Below, piece by piece: positions 48,254 through 60,711 of a stretch of DNA of 64,000 bases. The position numbers and the translations under genes were made by a program. The notes under the pieces were generated by a model. It did no database searches and had not been told where the DNA came from. It was given only the letters and a program-made list of their open reading frames with translations. The stretch's first letter is position 1. The number at the start of each line of letters is the position of its first letter. Source of the DNA: Takakia lepidozioides (lineage: Eukaryota; Plantae; Bryophyta); contig CM060733.1 in assembly GCA_030704615.1 (NCBI GenBank), positions 57,846,001 to 57,910,000 of the forward strand, given 5' to 3'.

Positions 48254-50600
48254 ATGGGCGATCATCAGGCTTCAGATCAAGGAGACAAGAGCTCCAGAAA
48301 ATGCACAGTGCGTGGATGCATCAAGTCGACATCAGGACCCTGGATAGTCCGGCGGCCATCTGCCAAGGGCCAGGTTGCCGCCGCTGCGGTGTTAAGAATG
48401 CCATCAGCACGCGAACGAGAGAACAACAAAGGGAGGGAAAGAAGGCGGCGCGCAATCGCAGCCAAAATCTTTTCAGGTCTGCGCGCCCACGGGAATTACT
48501 GCCTTCCTAAGCATGCCGACCACAATGAAGTCCTCAAGGCCCTTTGTGCGGAGGCTGGGTGGCAAGTAGAGGAAGACGGCACCATTTTTCGCAGGGTAAG
48601 TTCCTCTCACGGTGCCTTGCTTTAGCAAACTTTCATCATTCAGTGGTCTAGCTGATCGATTGCGGTTAGTAGTATGTCTTGACCTGATTCAGTCAAGATT
48701 GTGTGAATTAGAATAAGTTGTACAAGCCACAGATACCTTCGTGCATGCAAGTATTGAGGAACATAGCTCTTTGGAATGTTCTAGAAGTATCAATCCTGTA
48801 TTTGTTGGAATAATTTCATCTCTAATCTCAAATCTCCTTACGGTGGAATGAATTTTGTTTGATGGACAATGCGGGAGATCGACATTTGATGCATTCGTAC
48901 TCTGATCAGACGATGTTAAAAGGAGTCTTGTTGTAAAGTCAAGTTAGTATTCAAGAATAAATTAAGAAGGTTTCTAGATCTAGAGTTCATGCGATCGAGC
49001 TCTAGAGATGGAGTACTGCGTTCAGTGAGATCACAAAGTGGATCATTTTGGATGTTCGTGCACGAGTTTTTCAACTGGTCCTGTGTCTTCTTTGGTCTGT
49101 AAGAAATGAACTTACTTTCTTAGCGATATATCCTACTGTGAGAGTTGCATTGCAAAATTAGCTACAGATTAATCTGAGCTTCGGTGTTCGTCACCACGCC
49201 CCCGTTTCTCGTATCCCACCTTCTGCTCAGGACTCTCGTTTCTTTGTCAAATTATTTTTGCAGGTCTCCCAGCAAGTAGTGCCAAGGAAAGCTTGCAGCA
49301 TGGATAAACAATTTTCAGCTCATGAGGGGACACCAGTATATGAGAAATCTTCGAAGTCAGACACCAGCCCATCCACATCATGCAGCCAGGCTGGTCCACC
49401 TGTAAGCAAGGATCTGGCGTGCTCCGCTAGGAGCAGCGGTAATCAGCCTAGCAAGGGTGGATCGTTTCTGGAAGAATCCGACTCCTTAAATCAGCCAGAT
49501 CTGGCAGTGCGGCCTGACCCTAGAGACCAGCATTTCTATGAAGGAGGTTCGAGAAATATGTCGGAGTACCAGTTTCTGGCTTACAAGTTCTTGCCGACTA
49601 ACGCAGGTGGATCCATCAAAATGGGTATGGGTTTGCATCTAGGAAATTCTCTCCAGAAAACCCTGAGCCCTGATGCTGAGGTTCCATCACTGATTCCCAA
49701 AACATTGCTGGGAAGCGGAGTCATGGTGAAGAGTGACTGGGAATTTCTACCTTCTCCTTCATGCGCTGATAGGACAAAGAAGGCTGCGCCAGGCTCTATT
49801 ACCTCTTCGCAATCTTTTGAATCAGAGGCAATCACAGGTAACAGTTTCACAAGCTACCTAGGATTCTAGAAATTTAGATTAGAGTCTCAGACTGGACATC
49901 CACTCAGTCAGATTTGTTTCAGATTGGTTGGATCACGATCTCATTTCCGTACATATCAAACTTGCAGTTCGTCTGCGGAATCTAGTTATTTCTCTGTAGA
50001 GCACAGACACCAATTTATTACGACTCGTACAACTGACGTGCAGTTTAGAGGTTACTCACACCGGTCGGTACTTAATGTGCAGATATAGCTTGCACCGAAC
50101 GAGAAGTACATCAAGGGAACACAAACGTGCTTCAAGATACAAACAGCGCTAGTATTCACGACCTCGGCTATGCCCAAGGCTCCAGTCAGCATGGAGCTCC
50201 CTTCACGTCTAAAAGATTCAGCACTCCAAGAGTGCAGTCAACTCGATTTTGCGCCCCAGACACAGAACTGGAAAGCTATGGTATTTATCACGAGGAAGAT
50301 GGATCAACCATAACAGAGCGGAGATGTTCTGCACAGGTGCTTTTTGAGCAAGATTTTGATAAATTACCCGACGATGTTCTTTTCTTGGGTGCAGGACCAG
50401 CTTCCTGTACAAGAAGCTCAACCAAAAGGAGCACTAGATCACCGGTGCTGACATTGAAATCCCCCCTACATCATGGCGGCATGAGCATGGGCCACCAGCA
50501 TCACATGAAGGAATTCTCCGATGGCTTGACCTTGACCCTCTGCACTTCGACCCTTCAAGCCAAACACAATTACGACCAAAGGCCTCTTTCTATCATGTGA
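48254..50600 (+). CDS. BES1/BZR1-family transcription factor, 3 exons, about 477 aa
   Basis: Exons 48254-48595, 49264-49837 and 50083-50600 are phase-consistent. BES1_N domain [63 protein letters not shown]; C-terminal EAR-like DGLTLTL. Confidence 0.92.
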
Positions 50601-52469
50601 TCAGTGCAACTGGTATCCTTTCCTTTCTTGGTGTCATGGTGGCTTTTGACAACATAACATTCCAGGCGAGTTCCAGCCCTGATCTAGTGGGCGGGTTCGA
50701 AATTCTGTTTGAGAATCTGATCTCAGTTACTCTCGCCCTAGCAAGCACGGATTTTATGCCTGACGTTCAAGCTTTTCAACTTCTCTACTTCTGTGAAGCT
50801 GGTCATGTCTTGAAGTATCTTCCACCTTTCGTATAGCAAACTACAACTTTCTCTGTTTTGACTCTCAGTTCCTTGTAACCCTGAATCAACTTTTGCAAGA
50901 ACTCTCCCTTCCGAACTGACGAAGTTGACGTTGATGCGTGGTGCCTGAATTTCAGAAGACTCTGGACAGTGCACAACATTTTCGATGTAGATAAAGTAGA
51001 TACAAAGGTAAGTGGTAAGTTGAATGTTCATGCAGTGGACAGAAAGCTGTGTGGCCAACCAACAGAAGCTTGCTATCTTAAATCTTCTGATTAAGCCACT
51101 TTGTTTGCTCAAAACCTGCCCAAGTTGACCGTCTTCTCAAGGGAAGACTCGGGAGTTTGCGGATCTTAGTTGAGAGAGGTGGCCCCATATTTTGTGTGCT
51201 TGCTGCCGCTACCTTGAAATAGCACCAACTATTCCGTTGTTGCATTCAATTTATCCAAGGAGCTCAGTTCTCACTTTCAATTATGCGGATGACTAAGTCA
51301 CTATCTTGTACGTAGTGTTGAATACTCTCAAGGAACTTCACACGTATTTGGAACAACTAGATCTGCTACAATACGAGAACCACAATTCCATGTATGTGAT
51401 AAAACGTGACTGAAGGACTCGACAGGATCTTTCAGTACTGAGATATGTGAATCATGAACACAGATGCTGGGCAGAAAGTCAGTGAATGGTGGAAATGTCT
51501 TGTTATTCTTGTTCATTTGCCAGAACATGTATTTCAAAGTAGAGAGATACACTGGGATACCTGTCGAGTTAGACACCCGACTTCAAAATATCCAACTGGC
51601 GCAAAGCTCATGTTCAATCAATCAAGATAAGAAGCTGCCTTCAGCCATTTACCCAGATGCTTGCCCAAGGCAAAACTAATCAGACTTTTTGGTTGGTGAA
51701 TACCTCCCGAAGGTGGCGCCATTATAGTGTCTCTTCCACTCCGTTCCATTGGAAGGTGGACACTTTGAACCCTTGTGCTTGATGCCACATACTTTACTGC
51801 ATCATCGCAAGCAAGAAAACAAGAGATCTAGACTTTTTTGGGTTCACAAAAGATCATAATTTTCAGTCAAAGTGGGAATATACTTGAGTAGCACCAATGG
51901 GTGCTTCACAAATAAGGGCATTTATTGTACATTGATGATTCAGTGCAACACACATCACTATAGGAAGGTTGGGTACTATAGGACTACAGGAAGGTTGGGA
52001 GAACAATGAGGCGAGGTGCAGGAAAATTTCAAAGACAAAGACCAAGAGAGCATCAACCCGAAACAGAAGCTGCTGAAAGATAATCCTGGGAGGGAGGGAG
52101 TGGACTGGGCATGTTGAAGTCAGACCTGAAGTCTAACCAAACTGACAGCTCAAATGTGAATAACAAAATTCCCTCTCCAGCGCACACCTAGAAAGCACTG
52201 ATCAAAGGAACTTGTCAAAGACACAAGCTCATGAATCAAATATCCATAAAGCTAACTTTATGCATACCCTTACACCTTCGGGAAACAAACCTGTTTCCTA
52301 GTTGTGAACTTCATAAAAAAATTTGTTGCTGCTTGTACATGCCATCTCCTACTCTTCTAACCTCTGGCGCAATTCCCATGGAAAATTGATGAGTGGTCAA
52401 CCTAGACATGGAGTAAGATGTGTCATTCATTATGAAGTATAATTAGCATGGTAGAGCATTGAAACAATG

Positions 52470-52650
52470 ATGTGAATGTCTCATAGGGAAAAAACAAGTG
52501 AAACACATGGACACGTACTTGCGACCCCTACTTGATGAACTTAAGGAGCTAGGGGGGGGGGTCCCGGCATTGCTTCACTTGACCCTATGGCCGAACAATC
52601 TTTTCAGATGAGAGGCATCTTGCTTTGGACAATGCATGATTATTCAGGTA
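52470..52650 (+). mobile_element. CACTA/EnSpm Tnp2 transposase remnant
   Basis: GKKQVKHMDTYLRPLLDELKEL..GV...FQMRGILLWTMHDYSG, with frameshifts. Confidence 0.8.
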
Positions 52651-52774
52651 TATTATGTTCCCCATGAAGAATCCGCATACAGTCACTTGTCAACTAGGGA
52701 TAATATCGATCATGAGGATTGGGATTGATTGAAGTAGCGGCGACAGTCACATAGCAACTTTTTGTCTTAGTGCA

Positions 52775-52912
52775 TTAAGTATGCGAAGGGAGTTTTCAAC
52801 ACTATGGCTGAACGGAATGTGGTGTCATGGAACGCGATGCTTGCAGGGTATGCACAACAGGGACATGGTATGGAGGCTTTGGAGACCTATGATCAAATGA
52901 TGGGGGAAGGGG
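52775..52912 (+). pseudogene. Isolated PLS-class PPR motif fragment
   Basis: KYAKGVFNTMAERNVVSWNAMLAGYAQQGHGMEALETYDQMMGEG. Confidence 0.75.
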
Positions 52913-52946
52913 GCACCTTTTTCAATAGCACAGCGACTACAAGTGG

Positions 52947-53887
52947 GTAGATGGTCAACTGGAAACAGCAGCAGCAACAGCACAATTGATAGAACAAGAC
53001 CCACTGTTAATGAAGGTACCGTCTTCAACATATTTATCCCTGTTTTCCCATGCTATCAGAGTCGTCCCTAAATTTTCATGTTGAATTATACAAGTCAGCT
53101 CGTTGGTGGATCTATGGTGGTATTGGAGTGATTTTGACATGTTACTGCCAATGTGATCAATAGGAAAGTATCGAAAAATCGATAGTAAAGATGCGGAGAA
53201 GCTCTGGAATGAATACGTTTCCGACCCCAGTCAATGCTAAAACAATCTAGGCAAAAAGGTGAATGCATGTTGGAAGCAGACGCAAGTCAGCATAAGAACT
53301 AGTATGATAAGTAGGGTTGGGGTGTTTGCTGGAACAATTCTAGGCTATCATTGTCAGCTGCTAGCAGCAAGCCAAGGATGTACTATGCTTGATTTGTGCA
53401 GAGGCATGGACAGCTGAAGGAGCAGGGATAGAGTGAGGGTCCAGATTCATCCAAGAGGGCCAGACTTCATTGAGCTCCAGATTACCTATGATTCCCTATG
53501 GATCAATAGTTACTAGCAACCTGAATCAGTAGATGGTCAACTAGCCATGGAAGCTGCAGCAGCAACAACACAATTGATAAATCAGGCACTGCTAATGAAG
53601 GCACCTACTTCAACACATTTCACCCTGTTTTTCCCTCTTATCAGAATCGGCCCTAAATTTTCATATTGAATTCTGCAAGTTAGCTGGTTGAGTGAACCTT
53701 TGATAGTTTGGAGTGACTGACATGATACTGCAATGACAAGAAAGTATCCAGAAAGAGGTAACAGAGACGAGGAGAAGCTGTGGAATGAATACTTTTCTGA
53801 CCCCAGTTAATGGTGGGACAATCAAGGCAACAACGTGAATGCCTGTTAGATTACAGAGAGTAGCGGATGCAATTGAGCATAAGAACT
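52947..53887 (+). repeat. Diverged direct duplication (about 355 bp: 52947-53300 and 53528-53887)
   Basis: Both copies run GTAGATGGTCAACT..GCAGCAGCAACA.CACAATTGATA..CCCTAAATTTTCAT..GAGAAGCT.TGGAATGAATAC..GCATAAGAACT. Confidence 0.8.
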
Positions 53888-53982
53888 TAAAGGCTCCGCT
53901 TCCCTTATGTGTTCACGCTTAAGAATCTGATCACGCTTAGTGCGCTAAGCGTGAGCGCGCTCACGCGCTAGCTTCTCTTAAG

Positions 53983-55330
53983 GTGGAAACACCAATTCCA
54001 GACCGATGGTGGGATCAAAGGCTTGGCAAACCATTTGGTCTGCATGGTGTAAGTTGCGAGGATTCATTTTCCAGACTCAACCATCTACTTTTGATGAAGT
54101 TATCAAACAGCCTATGTTCGGTAATTATAATCGTGATTCTGAGAGTCTTGTCAACTGCATTAAAAAATGGTCTTTTTGGGAGGCTGTAGGATTATCTCAC
54201 ATTCTGCACTTCTGGGACCATAATTCCGATGCAGCCATTTCTTCTGACTCTGCTGCAGTGGGTTTCTCTAGTTGTAGACGTGTTGCTGCTAGTTGGAACC
54301 AGGTCATTGGTAACCTTCCCTCTTTGTGGACCAATCTTCTTTCCCAGAGGCATATAAGAAAATACCCTTCTTGGCTAGGATACTCTGATGGTTCTGAGCT
54401 CAAGGTCATATTTGCTACCTCCACTATTAGTGGTTGCCCTTCGGGTATTGGTTTCAGTATGAGGGGCGAGGGTATTCTTCATCATCCTATGCCAGTTGTG
54501 CTGCCCACCAGTACCCAATGTTATGACATCAAGGTTTTCTGCTCTATCTCTGGTAAATCCAATCCCAAGCCTCCTCTTGATATCCAACATTAGTAGTAAC
54601 TCATTCTGTTGGTTCCTATTTGCTTCAATGAGCCTTCTTCAGTTTGATCAAGGTGAATGGTACTGGATGAACAAAAACCACAACCGCTTCTTCTCTTATT
54701 ATGTGAAATTGGGTTAATCCTTGCTAATGCCGAAGCAATCATTTGACATGAAATGGTCTAAGAATTGGAATCACCTCTCCGGTCAGCCCATCCCATGGAA
54801 AGTGGTTTGGGTAGATATCTGGAAGAAACAGAGATCTTCTAAACTATCTGTTTTTCTCTGGGAGGTTGCAAATAGGATTGTTCCCGTTGGCAAGTTTATC
54901 TCTAACCCTCCTTCCTCATGTGTAACCTACAATCTGAGCTCCCCTGAGGATCTGGAGTACTGTTTGGTTTCTTGCCTCTTTGCTGTTGTTGTATGGTCCA
55001 GAGCTACTTCCTTGTATGCTCTTTGGGACAACGACCTTACCTTTTCTGTCTCGGCACTACTGATCAACATCAAATTCTTGGGGAAAATTTGGGATCTTCT
55101 GCTGCAGATTTTTCATAAGAACGAATTGAGTGGGTCAAAGCTCTCCCTCCCTGCTGGCCGCAGCTCAGTTAGTGCCAGGAACTCACCTCTGGGAGCCGAG
55201 GATGGGGAAGTCGATTGGAGGCATAAAAGAAGCTAGAGGAAAGACAATTCGAAAACACGGCTCTCTTTCGATAATCCCAAAAATAAAAGAGGTAGTTAAA
55301 TTTTTTCTTAGGAGGCAGTTGCTTTTCTAC
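53983..55330 (+). mobile_element. Decayed L1-type LINE ORF2 3' region (zf-RVT)
   Basis: PWKVVWVDIWK..SKLSVFLWEVANRIVPV..C....PEDLEYCLVSCLFAVVVWS; Trp-rich upstream ORF; stops present. Confidence 0.7.
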
Positions 55331-56584
55331 TTCTGGGTAGTTGTAGGATAGGGTGTCTCACTTTTGGCAGATGGTGACGTCCATGAAATTTATTTATTTT
55401 TATTTATTTTTTAGCATATTTTTTTAGTCGACTCTTATAAAGATAGACAATAATATAGTTAACATCTTCAGTAAAGGGTCTACTAACCCCAAATATTATA
55501 GATATTATTTATTAGAAAATTTAATCTTTAATTAGAAAAAAAAATTAGGAATCAAATCTTAGAATCTATGCCATATACCACCTAGCCATCCTAGATTATA
55601 TGTTTGTAGATTTGTCAGTAAAAGATGATATCCCAAAGACCCAAAAGACAATATGCTATGGACTAATGAAAAACACATGTTTTTGGGTGTACAAAAAAGT
55701 CCATAGTTTGGTCAAAATTTGATAGATTTTCAAACTACTTTCACCTATTGAAATATTGCACAATTTCTACAAATGGTTTTTTGTCCTTATCACTTAGATA
55801 TGTTTTTTTAGAGTCCATAGCACAAAAAACTGTACCGATTACAAAACAATGTTTGAGATTTAAAAGACCATAACATTCTTATATTTGCGAAAAAATTGTT
55901 ACATTATATAGGTCTTGTAAGTGGTATACAAGAACCAATGTCCTTTATAATAAAGATGAACTATTGTGAACAAATAAAAAGATAACATGAAGCACAGTCA
56001 TTGAAAAACTGTCCGATAACGTCCAAACTGAGACACCCTATCGTGCAACTGCCCTTCTTGTTTCTTGTACTTCTTTTGTTGGTGCTGTTGATGTGGTTCT
56101 GCAGGTTCGTTGGGAGTGCTTCTATTCTTCTTCCTATGGCAGCCCGGCTCTGTTGCTGCTTTCTCTCTTGTTAGTTCTTAACTGTAGCTTCCTTAGTGCA
56201 GTGCTCTTAGTTACTCAACTCTCTTCTTAGTTATGAGTTTTAGTTCTCAGCTGCTACTTTTTAGTGCAGTTGATTTGGTAGATTCTTGGTGCAATCTGTC
56301 TCTTGCTCTTCTCCCCCTTCATAACTTGGTCTTCTGGCTCTAAGTGGAACATCTATTCTCTACCTTCATGGCTAATTTGTAAGCTGGTTATTTTTTCCTT
56401 ACTATTAATAAAATTTCCAGGGCTATAATCCCCTTGTTCGTTTCATTTTTATTTTTTTGTTTGAAGATTTCTACCTTCATGTCAGTTTAACTAGGACCTA
56501 CTATCATGTTCAATAAGAAACACTGTTGATACTGTAGGTCAAAGGAGCTGGCTGGAATTGTGTCCTCTCTTCAATAGTATCATA

Positions 56585-56962
56585 CTAGGGTAGTCTGTGT
56601 CGTTGGCCCAAGTGTCCCAAGTGCAATCCCCGTATCCAAGTGGGTCTCCTAGGCCCATGAATGAAGAATCTTTTTTTTTTCCATGAATTTATTCAGTAGT
56701 ACTATATCCAATCATTGCTACAGGAAAAGCCCACTTTGCTAATTTTCACAAATTTCCAGCGACCAAAAGTACTTGAAATTCCATATCTTCCACACCGTAG
56801 ATCCAAAAATCATGAGACTAGCCGGTGCACCCCTCTCTCATCGAGGGTTTTCCAACAATACCAAGCACCAGAGCTGGGGCCTTGCGGTTTGGGAGATCTC
56901 AACATTACAAAACAAACAAACAAACAAACAAAACTAACTAACTAAATTACTTTATATATTGA
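56585..56962 (-). mobile_element. Non-autonomous Helitron (378 bp), canonical orientation of ends
   Basis: Minus strand reads A|TCAATATATAAAG...GGGCCAACGACACAGACTACCCTAG|T: 5' TC, 3' CTAG, inserted between A and T, no TSD. Homologous to 59854-60711. Confidence 0.8.
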
Positions 56963-57132
56963 TGTTAAATAGATGAAAGTTATATACAAATTTTAAAATG
57001 GGGAGCTGGCCTTGCAATTCATATTAGAATTGTGTCTTGCATATATTGATGTTAAATAGATGAAATTTATATACAAATTTTAAAATAGAAAGGGAGAGCT
57101 GGCCTTGTAATTCATATTAGAATTGCGTCTTG
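56954..57132 (+). repeat. Tandem duplication of about 87 bp
   Basis: ATATATTGATGTTAAATAGATGAAA.TTATATACAAATTTTAAAAT..GAGCTGGCCTTG.AATTCATATTAGAATTG.GTCTTG occurs twice. Confidence 0.85.
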
Positions 57133-57785
57133 GAGAAAATTGTGAAAGCACAATCCATCACTCGCTTTCCACACAGATAGGGAATCTGTATTGACACGGG
57201 ACTTTCACACACAAAGTATGAAACTCTATGACCATCAAACATACATATGTGCTACGTATCTCCTAGTGATTGCTCAACCTAAAGCCACCATCATATATGC
57301 ATCTCCCAGTCTTACCAAGTGAGTCTTAGAAAGTGAGGAAGAAGTGTCGCTTTGGGAATATCCCTAACTGTTGTAATGCAGCAGATTATCCCTCCCGTTA
57401 CCTAAATGGCCTACCCACAAGTGTGTTTGTAGTTTAATTTTGGCAACTCATTGTAAGCATCCAATATTGAAAGTGAATTCAAGTGTGGCATGACAATCTC
57501 AGAACCACTTCAGATCTTACTACCCATACACAATGTTAGGCATAATATCACTACACTCTTCAAAGGAGAGTGTGGCAGTAAGCCCATAACATATACAGAG
57601 TTATTTGCAGATCACCCACCTAGTTTATTTCTGGGTCTTTTAATTCCCTCGTCCTAACTTGTCTCCATTTCGTTGCCCTGTTCTTGAAACAACTTGAAAG
57701 TTTTGGTTGTAAGGATAAGTTCATAAGAGTGATTTACCGGTGCTATATTCTCAATGGATAGTGACATGAAGGACATGCAATCTTC

Positions 57786-59438
57786 TCAGTACCTGAGCAG
57801 CATCATGGACCACCAGGCCTTGCAATCAGGCGAAAAGTGTTGCAGTAGTGTTGGCTCGGAGATCTTCATCTCCTCCATATACCGTTTCCCATTAAATCCA
57901 GATGCCTTGAACCTTGCTATATAATCCTCGAAGATGGTTTCCATGTAGGAAGCCCCATCCCGGGCCACTAATTTTGAAGCAGGAGCAATTCTTGCAGTTG
58001 CTGAGGGACCAAAGAAGGTGGCCATAGAGATGCGTGCCTTCTCTGAGTTCACCACAACTCGGTGCTCGTTGCTCTTGTACTTGCCATTGGTTAATATCTG
58101 CATGTTTTATGATCAGGCAGAATCTTGCAATGAGCCATTTGTTGTCCTCTCCTCTACCTCGTGCCCTTTGTTTATTATCGATCTATGTCTTGTTTTCCCC
58201 ACTTATTAGTCTAAGTCCCCGCGGTCAATCTGGGCACGGGGTCTATGACCACATGAATATGAAAAACAACGTCTCATGAATACATTCTCTCAACATCCTT
58301 GTTCTTTTCTTCTCTCTGCTTCCACCATTGCTTGGATATACCCACTGGTAACCTGCCTTCATAAGTGTTCCTTATTTTCCAACACGTGTATGTCGATATC
58401 TCGAAACACTACAGTGAATAATAAAGTCTCTCAAATGTAATGCTGCTCTCAAGGGAAAAACATCTACCTCCATCTGGTCACCCATGTTGATCACCAAAGC
58501 ATTTGACAAAGGTTGAACCTTGACCCATCCACCATTCTTGTCACGCACTTCCAGACCTCATATTTGGTCTTGCAATAGGATAGTGAGAAGCAAAGGGTCT
58601 GAATGGGATGCATTCCCAAGAACAGCTAATGGCTCTGGACATGGTGGATAATAATTTGCTAATGTTACTCGTCGTCCAGTCGCGGCAAGGCTAAGGAATT
58701 CTGAGCTTAGCCCAAGAGACTCTGACATAGCACAGAGGAGCTTATCACTCAAAAGTTTCACTTGCTTGTCGTACTCCAATAGTAGTGCAATAGATTGCCG
58801 AAAAATGGATCAGCCCTTTCACACCCCTGTTGCACATCTCTTGCTTCATATCTCATGGATACAAATGTGCAATGGATCAAATCTAGAGGTACAGAATTTG
58901 CAATCTTCTGGTATAGACACACAGATTACTAGAAATGTAGAAGTTTGAGAGAGAAGAGTACAATTCTATGGGCACACCTCTTCATGGGCTTACATAATTG
59001 AAGACCCCCTCTCATCATTTAAGACACAATAGACAACCCCCATGCAAGCCTGTTGTGTCAAATGCCCAAAAACTCAGGAGGAGGATATTGAAGCTCCAAT
59101 ACATAGACTCGTGAGTTCAAAGGTTGAGGTTTTGGAAAAGGACTGCTTAGGACACCTGTAAGACCCGACTTTCCTTGAATCTACAGCAATGTTGCCAAAA
59201 CACAGGCAAGTAATTAAACAATGATACAAGAAACTGGTGCAGGGAAACATACAATGGCAAGATAATCTTTCCATGGCACAACACTGCCCGCATAAGTAGA
59301 GCCGGAGCCATAGTTAACTTTAGATTCTTCGGCCATAGGCGAGTACTTCAGCTTTTCCTCAAGAGGCAGCTCAAAGAATTGTTTATCTGCCCGCAAAACA
59401 TCATCGAGCAGTGCCAGGGGAACACCATGATTCACCAC
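57786..59438 (-). pseudogene. 2-oxoglutarate/Fe(II) dioxygenase (DOXC class), probable pseudogene
   Basis: Exons VVNHGVP..FFELPLEEKLKY..WKDYL; NYYPPCPEP..HSDP..LTILLQDQI*GLEV..W..V.P..ALVINMGDQME; ILTNGKYKSNEHRVVVNSEKARISMATF. In-frame TGA at 58558-58560, and no first exon found upstream. Confidence 0.85.
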
Positions 59439-59794
59439 CTGATATGTATGGATCCCACCAACAACACAAATTCTGATAGGACAATCAACCTCATGGATCC
59501 AAAAGATTGTGGCGAAAGCGACAAGTATAGTACTCTGAAAATTGCATGTCTCATTCTACGTCGTACTCTGGAGGAAATGTGAAAGGCCATCAATCGTCAA
59601 ACTAAGAGAGCAACCTTTGAGCAAGGGCAGTGACTCATTCGCTCTCTTCTTTCCAGTTGGAAAAGTCCATTCACAACATCCTTTAAGTATCCAGTGAGAA
59701 AGGTAAGTATTTTAAAAAACCATTACATTATATATTGATTTAAATAATTATCCATACCCTTAGGGTATATTTTGGCATATCAAGACTTAGATGA

Positions 59795-60711
59795 CCCTGG
59801 ACACTTGGGCCAACGGCACAGGCTACCCTATAGACGGGAAATATATCAATAATAATGATTGGATATACTACTACTCAATAAATTCATGGAAAAAAATTTA
59901 TCGGGCCTTGACATGGGAGACGTACTTGGATACATAGGAGATTGCACACTAGGCTTAGATGGGCCTCGACATGGGAGACGCACATGGGAGATGCCCTTGG
60001 ATACATAGGATATTGCACTTGGGCTAAGATGAAAGTGGACACTTGGACCTCTACATGGAAGATGCACTTGGATACACATAAGATTGCACTTGAGCATAGA
60101 TGGGCCTCCACATAGGAGACGCACTGGGATACATAGGAAATTACACTTGGTCTTATATTTCAATTCTTCACACATGGGCCAACAGCATAGGCTATACACT
60201 AGAGGTCGCACTAGTGATGCATAGGAAATTGCACTTGTCTTAGATTTCAATTCTTCACACATGGGCCAAAGGTAGAGGCTACCCAAGAGATTACACTAGA
60301 GGTCGCACTAGTGATGCATAGGAAATTGCACTTGTCTTAGATTTCAATTCTTCACACATGGGCCAAAGGTACAGGCTACCCAAGAGGTACATAGGACACT
60401 GGGATAGATGACATTGGACACTTGGGCCAATGGCACAGGCTACCCTAGTCAATATATGAAGAAAGCCAGTTTGTTTGTTTATTTGTTTTGATTGTTTTGT
60501 TGCGTTGAGATGTCCCAAACCGCGGGGGCTGGGCCCCCTGCCCAGCCCCGGTGCTTGGTACCGTTGGAAAGCCCTCGATGAGGAGGGGTGCACCGACTTG
60601 GTCTCATAAATTTTGGACCTGCGGTGTGGGAGATGTGGAATTTCAAGTACTTTTCGTCACGGGAAATTCCCCAAAAAAAGCAAAGTGGGCTTTCCTGGGA
60701 CAATGATTGGA
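59795..60711 (+). mobile_element. Helitron family array: circularly permuted copy with a head-to-tail junction and internal ~97-bp tandem repeats
   Basis: 3' end GGCCAATGGCACAGGCTACCCTAG is joined directly to the 5' end TCAATATATGAAG at 60448/60449. An extra 3'-end fragment lies at 59795-59831. Confidence 0.75.

Noticed and set aside
55654-55822. Short inverted repeat TGCTATGGACT...AGTCCATAGCA
   Set aside because: Probably part of a decayed MITE, but no TSD or boundaries could be defined.
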